Shown here piece by piece: positions 39,136 to 47,749 of a stretch of 64,000 nt of DNA. Within the stretch, counting starts at the first letter, position 1. The number at the start of each line of letters is the position of its first letter. A program made the translations under genes and the position numbers. The DNA is taken from the NCBI GenBank assembly GCA_965202645.1, contig OZ241840.1, forward strand, positions 735,523 to 799,522, read 5' to 3'. The notes beneath the pieces were generated by a model. That model saw only the letters and a list, made by a program, of their open reading frames with translations, ran no database searches and was not told the DNA's origin. This stretch comes from Bdellovibrionales bacterium. GTDB lineage: Bacteria > Bdellovibrionota > Bdellovibrionia > Bdellovibrionales > UBA1609.

Positions 39136-40393
39136 TCAGTTGGTCAGAAGATTTGCGGCGCCAACCTTGCATAGCTTATCCACCCAGTTGCCGCTTATAT
39201 CGCCCACATACTCATATAAGTTGGTTGAGGCGCCCCAATAATGAACCCCACTGGTTGTTCCAGATTTATTTACTCCCTCTTCTATAATGTCATTGATATA
39301 GTCTTTAAAACTCTTACGGTTCAGCCAATCCTCCGCGCTGTCATCATCTATGCCATCTCCAATTTTGCAATAAACTGTAAAACAGGACACGCTGGTTTCA
39401 TCGGTCTCACAATCGCTGTTCTTTTCGTTAATATAGTCTTGAAACCACTCAACCACCTCCTCATTGCCGCTTGCCACAGCCACTTCCATCAACTTGTCAC
39501 TGCCATCCACTTTTGTGATAAAAGGCTCATGATGAGCATTGCCGCTAAAGCTATTCAGCCGCTTCAAAAGAGTATCAAAAGCGTCATAATCATCATCCGC
39601 ATTTTTAAAAACTTTCGCAATATTCGGATTTTCTATTAGCCAAATCAGAAATTCCCTAGCCTTGCTAGTGCTGTATCTCCCAATGAATTTATCTAAAGGG
39701 GCAATGCTAATATTGACATAGACAGCAAAATCATTATGAGCCACATTATCCAGGTTATCATTATTCGGAGCCTTTAAACGAGAATGCAGATCCTCCAGCC
39801 GGTCAATCTGACTGATGGAAAGCTCCTCACAATCCTCCCTGTCCGATCGGCGGGCGTAAATCTCCAGACACTGCCTTTTGCAATCATGATCCATGTCCTC
39901 ATCCTTACAGGCCCCTTCTTGAACTGACGGAGGCGCGGGAGTCGGGGCCGGAGCGGGAGTCGGAACTGGAGTGGGAGTCGGAGCTGGAGTCGGAGTCGGA
40001 GCTGGAGTCGGAGTGGAAGATCTGGAGCTATAGCGGCGGTTAGATCGGCGATAGGAGCGGCGGCGATAGGTGTTGTTTGAGGCTGTCTGTTTATTTGCTT
40101 TTACATAGCTGTCCAAAGCCCGGACAGCCGCTCTGTCACAATCGCTAACCGATCGAAAGCCGGCGGGGAGACGCCCTGTGACGCAAAATTGAAACTCAAT
40201 ATACTCATGCGCACGATCCCAAAAGCAGTTTGATCCGCCGCGCCGACAATCGCTCTCTATCTCCTCAAAAATTTGATTTAAGCCAGCCACAGAGGGGACA
40301 TTGCTATAGCCGGTGGAGGGTAAATTTACCCCCCCCCCCCCCGATAAAGCAGGAGGTTAGGAAAACAAAAAGAATAATTATTATAGAACGCAT
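39136..40393 (-). CDS. Lipoprotein with a PT-rich linker; signal peptide out of frame with the mature part because of a G14 tract
   Basis: ATG at 40393 (SD GTGAGG upstream) encodes MRSIIIILFVFLTSCFI (lipobox LTSC), then G14. In this sequence that frame stops 8 codons after the tract. The 384-aa body (track ORF 39136-40290, GTG start, no SD) is open in the -1 frame back through the tract. The body contains (P/A/V)TP repeats. Confidence 0.7.
40329..40342. repeat. Homopolymer C14 (G14 on the coding strand)
   Basis: Counted directly (2+10+2). Confidence 0.9.
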
Positions 40394-40583
40394 GAGACCT
40401 CACTTATCTTTTCGGCTATTTATTTCAGCGAGTTAAATAATAGGGTTAAAGCAAGACCTATGTTCTAGGGGAAGAATAGCTTGCTCTCCCCATAGATAGC
40501 TTGCTCTCTCCATAGATAGCTTGCTCTCCCCAAAATTAAGCGCTCACCTTACCCCAACAACCAAAAAAAGCAGGGAGAGGCCA

Positions 40584-41363
40584 TTAGCGCCCCTTAAACA
40601 CAGGCTCTCTTTTTTGTATAAAAGCCTCCATGCCCTCGCGGCTGTCTTGTTTGTTAAACAGCTCGCCAAAATGTTTGGCTTCCCTCTTCAGCCCTTCCGC
40701 TAAAGGCAGGCTGTGGCTTTCTTGAATAAGCTCTTTAGCTTTGGCTATCGCCAAAGGCCCTCTTTTAGCAAAAAGCGAGGCATACTCCTCCGCCTTTTCC
40801 ATAAGCTTGCTTTTTGAGATAACCGCATTGGCCAAGCCCATTTTGTAAGCCTCTTGCGCTGTATAAAAGGCTCCGGAAAAAATCATCTCCTTAGCTTTAT
40901 AAAAGCCAACGGAGCGGCAAAGCCTCTGTGTGCCCCCAAAAGCGGGAAACAAGCCCAATGTCACTTCCGGAAGGCCTATCTTTGCCTCTTTATCCATAAT
41001 TAAAATATCGCAGGCCAGCGCCAGCTCCAACCCGCCGCCTAAAGCAAATCCCTGTATGATCGCAATGACAGGGATAGGCAAAGCCTCCAATAAAGAAAAA
41101 GCCCTCTGGCCTTTTTTTGCAAACTCTTCCGCCGCTGGAGCTGTCAATGAGGACATCTCTTTAATATCCGCTCCAGCCACAAAAGCCTTTTCCCCCGCGC
41201 CCTTAATAATTAAAGCCCTTAAGCTTTTTGTGTCCAGCTGGCTTAAGCAGTCCGCCAACTCCTCCAGCAGTTTAGAGTTTAAAGCGTTTAAGGATTTAGG
41301 CCGGGAAATAGTCAAATAAGCTGTCGCCCCTTTTTGCTCCAGCTGTAAAGTCTCAAAAGCCAT
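40584..41363 (-). CDS. Enoyl-CoA hydratase/isomerase (crotonase) family
   Basis: 259 aa. AFVAGADIKEM, GGGLELALACD and the C-terminal EGMEAFIQKREPVFKGR are typical. Confidence 0.85.
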   Translation of the reverse strand: MAFETLQLEQKGATAYLTISRPKSLNALNSKLLEELADCLSQLDTKSLRALIIKGAGEKAFVAGADIKEMSSLTAPAAEEFAKKGQRAFSLLEALPIPVIAIIQGFALGGGLELALACDILIMDKEAKIGLPEVTLGLFPAFGGTQRLCRSVGFYKAKEMIFSGAFYTAQEAYKMGLANAVISKSKLMEKAEEYASLFAKRGPLAIAKAKELIQESHSLPLAEGLKREAKHFGELFNKQDSREGMEAFIQKREPVFKGR

Positions 41364-41635
41364 ATCTCCTCCCAGTTTTCCCTATTTGATTGATCGGATA
41401 TAAGGCCCGCTGTTCTTAATTTTTTTTAAGCTCCGCTCTATACTCTGCCTGCATTTAAAATATCCGCCCTCTATGGAGAATAAAAACTCAAAACCAATAT
41501 TCCCGCATGTTTATTATCCGGATGGAGAAAACACGCAAAAAGCGACAGCTCTTTCTTTGAATCTTAAAAAAACCGCTCTATACGCTGCCTGAATTTACAA
41601 TTTCCGCCCTCTATGGAAAACTCAAGCCAATATAA

Positions 41636-42928
41636 TCAACTGCTCAGAAGGCTCAAAACAGACTGGGCTTGAGGCAGGCGCTCCGGCTGAACATAAATTC
41701 TTTGTATTTTTCTGTCCGGAAGAGGCAAAAAAGCGGGATCTTCATAAAGCTCTGCAGTTTGATTTAGAGCTTTGTTTTTCAAATAAATATTATATTGCTT
41801 TAAAATATTTTTAGAGGGCTTGATGGTGTCTTTTTCTGAGCTGGCTGAGATAAAATCCACCCCTTCCCCCTTTAAACGCTCTTGAAGCGCCTCCATCTCC
41901 TTTTTTTGCCTGACGCCGGCGGAGAACTCAAAAAAAAGAGTCTCATAAAGCCGGAGATAAGCTTTTCGCTCCGAGATTCTTTTCGCCCATATATTATCAT
42001 CCGATTTTATTTTTTCCATGAGCCGGCTGTCTGTCCAAAGGGCATAGCCCTCAATATCCGAAGGGAGCCTCCAATCGCAAATTTTAGCATACTCCTTAAG
42101 CATTTGATTATAACTCACTGATTTATGATGAAAATACACAATCAGCCTCATGTGCTGTCTCCCTAAAATAAAGCTCTCCAGCGTGTATAGCCCCTCTCGC
42201 CTTATAGCCAGAAACGCCCGCCGGCTTTCAATATGGCAGTCAAAATGAGAGATCAGCCACATAAAGTCAATCAAGCCATACTTGACGCCGCAATAAAGAG
42301 AATCCCTTTGCAGGTAATCCATCCGATCCACATCAAAATCCGAGCTGATAATTTGCCGGAGCAGGGGCAAAAAATCCACTCCCCCCTCCATAAAAAACCC
42401 CTCGCCTCCCGAAAACTCCCTATGCAAAATTTGAGACACAGCGGAAGGCTCCGCTCCCGCGGACCGAATGGCCGATCCAAGCCCCTTCTCCTCCATAATA
42501 AACTTTACGCTGTAATCCTCATGCCGGGCCGGCCTTTCAAAATCCGCTTTTTTTAAGAGATTTTCCAGCCCCAGCGCCTTTAAGGGAGGCATAAGAGCTT
42601 CACTGGAATGGCTGAGAGGGCCATGCCCCACATCATGAAGAAGAGCCGCTATTTTCAAAGTTTTTCTAAAAATCCGCCTTTTGCCGGCGGAAACGGGCAA
42701 ATCTTTGTTTTTATCAAAAATGCTGTCAAAGGCCAGCCCCGCTAAGTGGCAGACGCCTAAAGAATGGCTCAGGCGATTCCCTGTCCCGGAGGGAAAGGCC
42801 CGCTCAGAGAAGCCCAACTGCTGAATGGATCTCAGCCTTTGAAATATCAGATGATCCGCCAGAGATTTCTCCCCCTTATCCAGATAAATATAGGCATAAA
42901 GCGGATCACAAATTTTTGAATGAGACAT
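41636..42928 (-). CDS. HD-domain phosphohydrolase, dNTP triphosphohydrolase-like (SAMHD1/EF1143 type)
   Basis: RLSHSLGVCHLA, AALLHDVGHGPLSH and DVDRMDYLQRDSLYCGV motifs. Confidence 0.8.
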   Translation of the reverse strand: MSHSKICDPLYAYIYLDKGEKSLADHLIFQRLRSIQQLGFSERAFPSGTGNRLSHSLGVCHLAGLAFDSIFDKNKDLPVSAGKRRIFRKTLKIAALLHDVGHGPLSHSSEALMPPLKALGLENLLKKADFERPARHEDYSVKFIMEEKGLGSAIRSAGAEPSAVSQILHREFSGGEGFFMEGGVDFLPLLRQIISSDFDVDRMDYLQRDSLYCGVKYGLIDFMWLISHFDCHIESRRAFLAIRREGLYTLESFILGRQHMRLIVYFHHKSVSYNQMLKEYAKICDWRLPSDIEGYALWTDSRLMEKIKSDDNIWAKRISERKAYLRLYETLFFEFSAGVRQKKEMEALQERLKGEGVDFISASSEKDTIKPSKNILKQYNIYLKNKALNQTAELYEDPAFLPLPDRKIQRIYVQPERLPQAQSVLSLLSS

Positions 42929-43286
42929 AAGGAATCTTTTAAAAACTCTATGATTAACAAACCACAGCCTAGCTTATTCTTTTACCATTAGAGCCGTAAA
43001 ATCAAGAGAGAATATAAAAATATAAGCCGGCGCGCTTATTCACAGCCCGTAAAATTCTTTTTCAGATGGAGCGCTCCTGATTCTTAGGACAAGCTTGAGC
43101 CTCCCAGCGGGCAGGGCCGCAAAAGCGCTGGCTCTCCCTCTGCAATGAGAATCAGCCCAACAATCAAATAATGAATAAGCTTTTTGACAGAAATTTAATT
43201 TATAAATCTCTATAAAACCGCTTGATCACATCCTGTTTTGCCATTATACTGCCTGCTCTTAAGCCATTTTTAACAAGGAGGCCATT

Positions 43287-43814
43287 ATGCTAGGTGTTGG
43301 AGATCAGCTCCCTGAATTTAATCTCAAAGCCGTTGTTCCCGGCTCAAAGGATTTTAAGGATATCAGCCACGAAACCTATAAAGGCAAGTGGGTTGTTCTT
43401 TTTTTCTATCCCAAAGACTTTACTTTTGTCTGCCCTACAGAAATTAAGGGCTTTAGTGATATGAACAAAGATTTTCAAAATCGGGGGGCGCAAATTTTAA
43501 CAGCTTCAGTGGATTCAGAGTTTGTCCATCTGGCCTGGAAAACTCATGAAGAGGATTTAAAAAACATTCAATTCCCTATGCTGTCGGATATAAAAAGAGA
43601 GCTTTCCGCCTCTTTGGGCATTCTGGACATGAAAGAGGGAGTGTCTCAAAGAGCGGCTTTTATTATAGATCCAAAGGGAGTGATTCGCTTTGCCTATGTG
43701 ACAGATCTCAATGTGGGGAGAAGCCCTAAAGAGGTTTTGAGGGTTTTAGACGCTCTTCAAACCGATAAGCTTTGCCCTTGCAACTGGGAAAAAGGCCAAA
43801 AGACTTTAAGCTGA
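43287..43814 (+). CDS. 2-Cys peroxiredoxin (AhpC/Prx1 family)
   Basis: FYPKDFTFVCPTE (peroxidatic Cys) and C-terminal LCPCNW (resolving Cys). SD AAGGAGG. Confidence 0.9.
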   Translation: MLGVGDQLPEFNLKAVVPGSKDFKDISHETYKGKWVVLFFYPKDFTFVCPTEIKGFSDMNKDFQNRGAQILTASVDSEFVHLAWKTHEEDLKNIQFPMLSDIKRELSASLGILDMKEGVSQRAAFIIDPKGVIRFAYVTDLNVGRSPKEVLRVLDALQTDKLCPCNWEKGQKTLS

Positions 43815-43899
43815 TCCCCATTATTTGCCAAGCTGACAAATCAGCTGAAAAAAGCTTGCCATTTCCCTAAATTTAGGCTCAGAAATTCCTGAGCGGAGA

Positions 43900-44080
43900 T
43901 CAAACTGTCATAAGCTAAGCTATTTGTTCTGCCCGAACAGCAGAACCAAAACAATGCGCCTTTCCAGCTCAAGCTGGCACAAGCCAAAGCTATTTTTTGG
44001 CCCGAACAGCAGAACCAAAACAATGCGCCTTTCCAGCTCAAGCTGTCACAAATCAAGCTATTTGTTCTGCTCGAACAGCC
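43900..44080. repeat. About 2.6 tandem copies of a 69-bp unit, each with a 7-bp-stem hairpin
   Basis: Unit: tcaagctgtcacaa..caa.ctatttgttctgcccgaacagcagaaccaaaacaatgcgcctttccagc. The marker cccgaa recurs at 43932, 44001 and 44070. Hairpin gttctgc-ccgaaca-gcagaac. Confidence 0.85.
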
Positions 44081-44339
44081 CCGCGAAAGCGCCAAAAATG
44101 GTCAATACCCCGCTTTCCGGCTCAAAGGCCAGCTCCCCCACTGTCAACTCTTCCGCTTTATGATAGATACAGCCCCGCTTTTCATCCAGCTGGACTACAG
44201 CCAGCCCTTCAGGAAAGTTTCCTTCGCTATCAAACTCTAGCTCAATAACGCAGTCATGCTCGTTTTTTGCTTGATCCGCCTCTTCCCCCAGCGCCTGAAC
44301 AAAGCCAAACATCACAACAACTGTTATTAAATATCTCAT
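44058..44339 (-). CDS. Small secreted protein (93 aa), unknown function
   Basis: Strong SD (AAGGAGG) and a signal peptide MRYLITVVVMFGFVQALG. The 3' end overlaps the last repeat copy. Confidence 0.55.
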   Translation of the reverse strand: MRYLITVVVMFGFVQALGEEADQAKNEHDCVIELEFDSEGNFPEGLAVVQLDEKRGCIYHKAEELTVGELAFEPESGVLTIFGAFAGLFEQNK

Positions 44340-44488
44340 AAGGGCCTCCTTATAAATTTTTTAAAATTCTCCTATATGCGCCTATAAGATCTGTGTTCAT
44401 ATACTAAACTTCTAAATTTTTCAAAAATTTTTTTAAAAAATCCGCTATTTTGTAATTTTTTCACATGCTGTTCTTTGCCAGCGCTCCA

Positions 44489-44910
44489 AAAAGCTCATCC
44501 GGAGCTTTACATCGGCGGCCCCTTGCTTATCCGTTGATGATAAGCGCCGGCGAAACAGAAAACTCTCAAAAATTCATCGGATGCCCTCCCCATCATCCGT
44601 TGATGATAAGCGCTGGCGGAACAGAAAACTCTCAAAAACTCATCAAATGCCCTCCCCATCATCCGTTGATGATAAGCGCCGGCGAAACAGAAAACTCTCA
44701 AAAACTCATCGGATGCCCTCCCCATCATCCGTTGATGATAAGCGCTGGCGGAACAGAAAACTCTCAAAAACTCATCAGATGCCCTCCCCATCATCCGTTG
44801 ATGATAAGCGCCGGCGAAACAGAAAACTCTCAAAAACTCATCGGATGCCCCACATCATCCGTTGATGATAAGCGCCGGCGGAACAGAAAACTCTCAAAAA
44901 CTCATCGGAT
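44489..44910. repeat. About 6 tandem copies of a 66-bp unit (alternating A/B variants, giving a 132-bp higher-order period) upstream of topA
   Basis: The marker atgccc recurs at 44581, 44647, 44713, 44779 and 44845. Each unit contains the hairpin atcatc-cgtt-gatgat. All frames on both strands stay open, producing ORFs 44465-44971, 44581-44865 and 44507-44833. Confidence 0.9.
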
Positions 44911-45067
44911 TAAAATGCCCGTTAAGACAGACTATGAAAAAATCAGAATCCCTATATTTATACTGAACTAAAGTCTTAAACGGCGAACTCAAAATAAGCC
45001 AGAATTTTAGCCTAAATTCAAACTTAATGAATAAAGAGCTTGAATCCTAAAACGGGAATAGCTAATA

Positions 45068-47650
45068 ATGTCCTCTATGCCAAAGACAAAGCTTCTTATT
45101 GTGGAGTCTCCGACAAAAGCCAAAACCATTGGCCGTTTTTTAGACTCCAGTTATGCTGTGTCAGACTGCATGGGGCATATTAGAGATCTTCCTGAATCCG
45201 CAAAAGACATTCCGGAAAAATATAAAGAAAAAGCTTGGAAAAATTTGGGCGTCAATGTGGAGGAAAATTTTGAGCCTATCTATTGCGTCCCTAAATCCAA
45301 AAATAAAATAGTTAAATCCTTAAAAGAAAAGCTCAAACGGGCCAATGAGCTTATTTTGGCGACAGATGAGGACAGGGAGGGGGAAAGCATCAGCTGGCAT
45401 CTTTATCAGCTTTTAAAGCCAAAAGCGCCTGTCAAAAGAATTGTTTTCCATGAAATCACAAAAGAGGCCATCAACAAGGCTCTAAAAAATCACCGGCAAA
45501 TCGATAAAAGGCTTGTTCAAGCTCAAGAGGCGAGAAGAGTTTTAGACCGGCTGGTTGGCTACACCCTATCCCCTCTTTTATGGAAAAAAATAACCACCCG
45601 ACTCTCCGCGGGGCGTGTTCAATCTGTGGCCGTCAAGCTAGTCTGTGAAAGGGAAATGGAGAGGATGAGCTTTGTTCAGGCGCCCTACTCCAGCTTGGAG
45701 GCTCAGCTGGCGCCTTACCAAAATAATCTTCCGTCCGATAAGGTTAAGAATGCCCCTGACAAACAAAGCGCTAGTTTTTCCGCCTCCCTCTATTCATGGA
45801 AATCTAAAAAATTGGCTGGGAGCAAGGATTTTAACAGCAAAGGCCAGCTCAAAAACAAAAAGCTCCTGCATTTAAAGGAGCCGGCGGCTAAAGAGCTTGT
45901 CAAAAAGCTCCACAAAGCCCAATGGACAGTGAAAAGGGTCGAAAAAAAGCCCATCTCCCGATCTCCTAAACCCCCTTTTATCACCTCCACTTTACAGCAG
46001 GCGGCCAGCGGAGCGCTCAGCTTATCCCCCCGCCAAACTATGGCCACAGCCCAAAAGCTTTATGAAAAGGGACTCATTACTTATATGAGGACCGATTCCA
46101 CAAACTTATCATCGGAAGCTATAAAGGGAATCAGACAAACAATAGCTGATATTTATGGAATTGGCGATCTTCCTAAAACCGCCAGAGTTTATAAAACAAA
46201 AGTCAAAGGGGCGCAAGAGGCCCACGAGGCCATTCGGCCGGCGGGAAAGTATTTTAAAAATCCGGAAAAAACAGGATTAACCGGCCATGAATTACAGCTT
46301 TACCGGCTGATTTGGCGGAGAACATTGGCCTGTCAAATGAAAAATTGCGAGCAAGAGCAAACCAGCCTGCAAATCCAGGCGGAAGACGCTGTATTTTCTG
46401 CCTCTGGGCTAAGGATTGTGTCCCCCGGTTTTTACAAAGTCTACAAAGATCAGGAGGAAAACGCCCCTCTCCTTCCGCATTTAAAAAAAGGGCATCCATT
46501 AAATTGCCGGAAGCTGGAGATCAAAAGCCGGGAGACTCAGCCTCCTTTTCGCTACAATGAGGCCTCGCTCATTCAAAAGCTGGAGAAAGAGGGAATTGGC
46601 CGACCCTCCACTTATGCTCCCATCATCTCCACTATTCAAGACAGAGGCTATGTTAAAAAACAAAACAAAAGCCTGGCGCCCACTTTTACAGCTTTGGCTG
46701 TCACAAAGCTTTTAAGCGGCCATTTGCCGGACTATGTGGATTTAGCCTTTACCTCCAAGATGGAAAAAGCGCTGGATGACATAGCTTTGGGCAAAGCCAA
46801 TTATGCGCAATACCTCAGCGCTATTTACAGAGGCAAAAAGGGCTTAAAAAAGCAAGTGGAGGAGCGGGAAAAAGCCATAGACGCCTCAGAGTCCAGAGTC
46901 ATGACCTTTCCGCCATTTAAGGGAGTCAAGTTCCATGTCGGGCGCTTTGGAGCTTATATCACACAAAAAAAAGGCAACAAAGAGTTAAAATCCGATCTGC
47001 CGGAAGACCTGTTTTTATCGGACATTACTCCTGAGAAAATACAGGAGATTCTCGCTGTCAAACAAAAGATGGATCAGGCTTTTGGAATAGAGCCAAAAAC
47101 AAAAAAGAAAATTTTTATAAAAACGGGGCGGTTTGGCCCTTATTTAGAGCTGGAGGGAGGAGAAAAGCGGGCGGGAATCCCTAAGTTTTTATCTCTTGAA
47201 AAGCTCAGCTTGGATCAGGCCCTTAAGCTTTTGGAGCTTCCAAAAATTTTGGGGATTCATCCTAAAACAAAAAAAGAAATCAAAAAAAGCATCGGAAGAT
47301 ACGGGCCTTATATCGCGCATGATGGGGATTTTCGATCTGTCCCGGCCCATGAGGATTTTCTGTCATTAGATCTAAAAGAGGCTTTAAAAATTCTGTCTCA
47401 AGAAAAGAAACAGGGAAGAAAAACATCCGCCAAAAAGACCTTAAAAGAGTTTAAAAGCGGCAAAGAGACTATAAAAATTTTAGAGGGCTATTCCCCCTAT
47501 ATCAAATTTAAAAATAAAAACTACAGCCTGCCTAAAGGAGCTGACCCTCTGAAAATCACTTTAAAAGAGGCTCTTGAAATTATAGAAAATGGCAAAAAAG
47601 CCAATCGAAAAGCCAAAGGCGGCTTTAAAAAACGGAAAAAAACAGGCTGA
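45068..47650 (+). CDS. topA: DNA topoisomerase I
   Basis: TOPRIM start LLIVESPTKAKTIGRFL, active-site region LITYMRTDS, and C-terminal GRFGPY/GRYGPY repeat modules in place of zinc fingers. Confidence 0.92.
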   Translation: MSSMPKTKLLIVESPTKAKTIGRFLDSSYAVSDCMGHIRDLPESAKDIPEKYKEKAWKNLGVNVEENFEPIYCVPKSKNKIVKSLKEKLKRANELILATDEDREGESISWHLYQLLKPKAPVKRIVFHEITKEAINKALKNHRQIDKRLVQAQEARRVLDRLVGYTLSPLLWKKITTRLSAGRVQSVAVKLVCEREMERMSFVQAPYSSLEAQLAPYQNNLPSDKVKNAPDKQSASFSASLYSWKSKKLAGSKDFNSKGQLKNKKLLHLKEPAAKELVKKLHKAQWTVKRVEKKPISRSPKPPFITSTLQQAASGALSLSPRQTMATAQKLYEKGLITYMRTDSTNLSSEAIKGIRQTIADIYGIGDLPKTARVYKTKVKGAQEAHEAIRPAGKYFKNPEKTGLTGHELQLYRLIWRRTLACQMKNCEQEQTSLQIQAEDAVFSASGLRIVSPGFYKVYKDQEENAPLLPHLKKGHPLNCRKLEIKSRETQPPFRYNEASLIQKLEKEGIGRPSTYAPIISTIQDRGYVKKQNKSLAPTFTALAVTKLLSGHLPDYVDLAFTSKMEKALDDIALGKANYAQYLSAIYRGKKGLKKQVEEREKAIDASESRVMTFPPFKGVKFHVGRFGAYITQKKGNKELKSDLPEDLFLSDITPEKIQEILAVKQKMDQAFGIEPKTKKKIFIKTGRFGPYLELEGGEKRAGIPKFLSLEKLSLDQALKLLELPKILGIHPKTKKEIKKSIGRYGPYIAHDGDFRSVPAHEDFLSLDLKEALKILSQEKKQGRKTSAKKTLKEFKSGKETIKILEGYSPYIKFKNKNYSLPKGADPLKITLKEALEIIENGKKANRKAKGGFKKRKKTG

Positions 47651-47749
47651 CCGCCGGCCAATTCCTAAAGCTGAACCAGCTCAAAGTTTGAAAGGGTGAA
47701 CTCAAGCCTTTTTCAGCGCTTTTGTGAATAGCGGATTTTTTAAATCCGA

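Noticed and set aside
37585-42928. MazG-like pyrophosphohydrolase and HD dNTPase as an anti-phage nucleotide-depletion pair
   Set aside because: The two genes are 3.7 kb apart, separated by unrelated genes, and each family is also common as housekeeping. No contextual support was found.
43180-43286. PerR/OxyR operator upstream of the peroxiredoxin gene
   Set aside because: AT-rich near-palindromes (aatttaatttataaatctctataaa) are present but do not match the PerR box TTATAATNATTATAA or an OxyR motif convincingly.
44465-44971. 168-aa ORF (22-aa repeats HHPLMISAGETENSQKLIGCPP) as a protein-coding gene
   Set aside because: Every frame on both strands is open across the array, there is no SD, and there is no non-repeat domain. 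Coding cannot be supported from sequence alone, so it is kept as a repeat and flagged in the findings.
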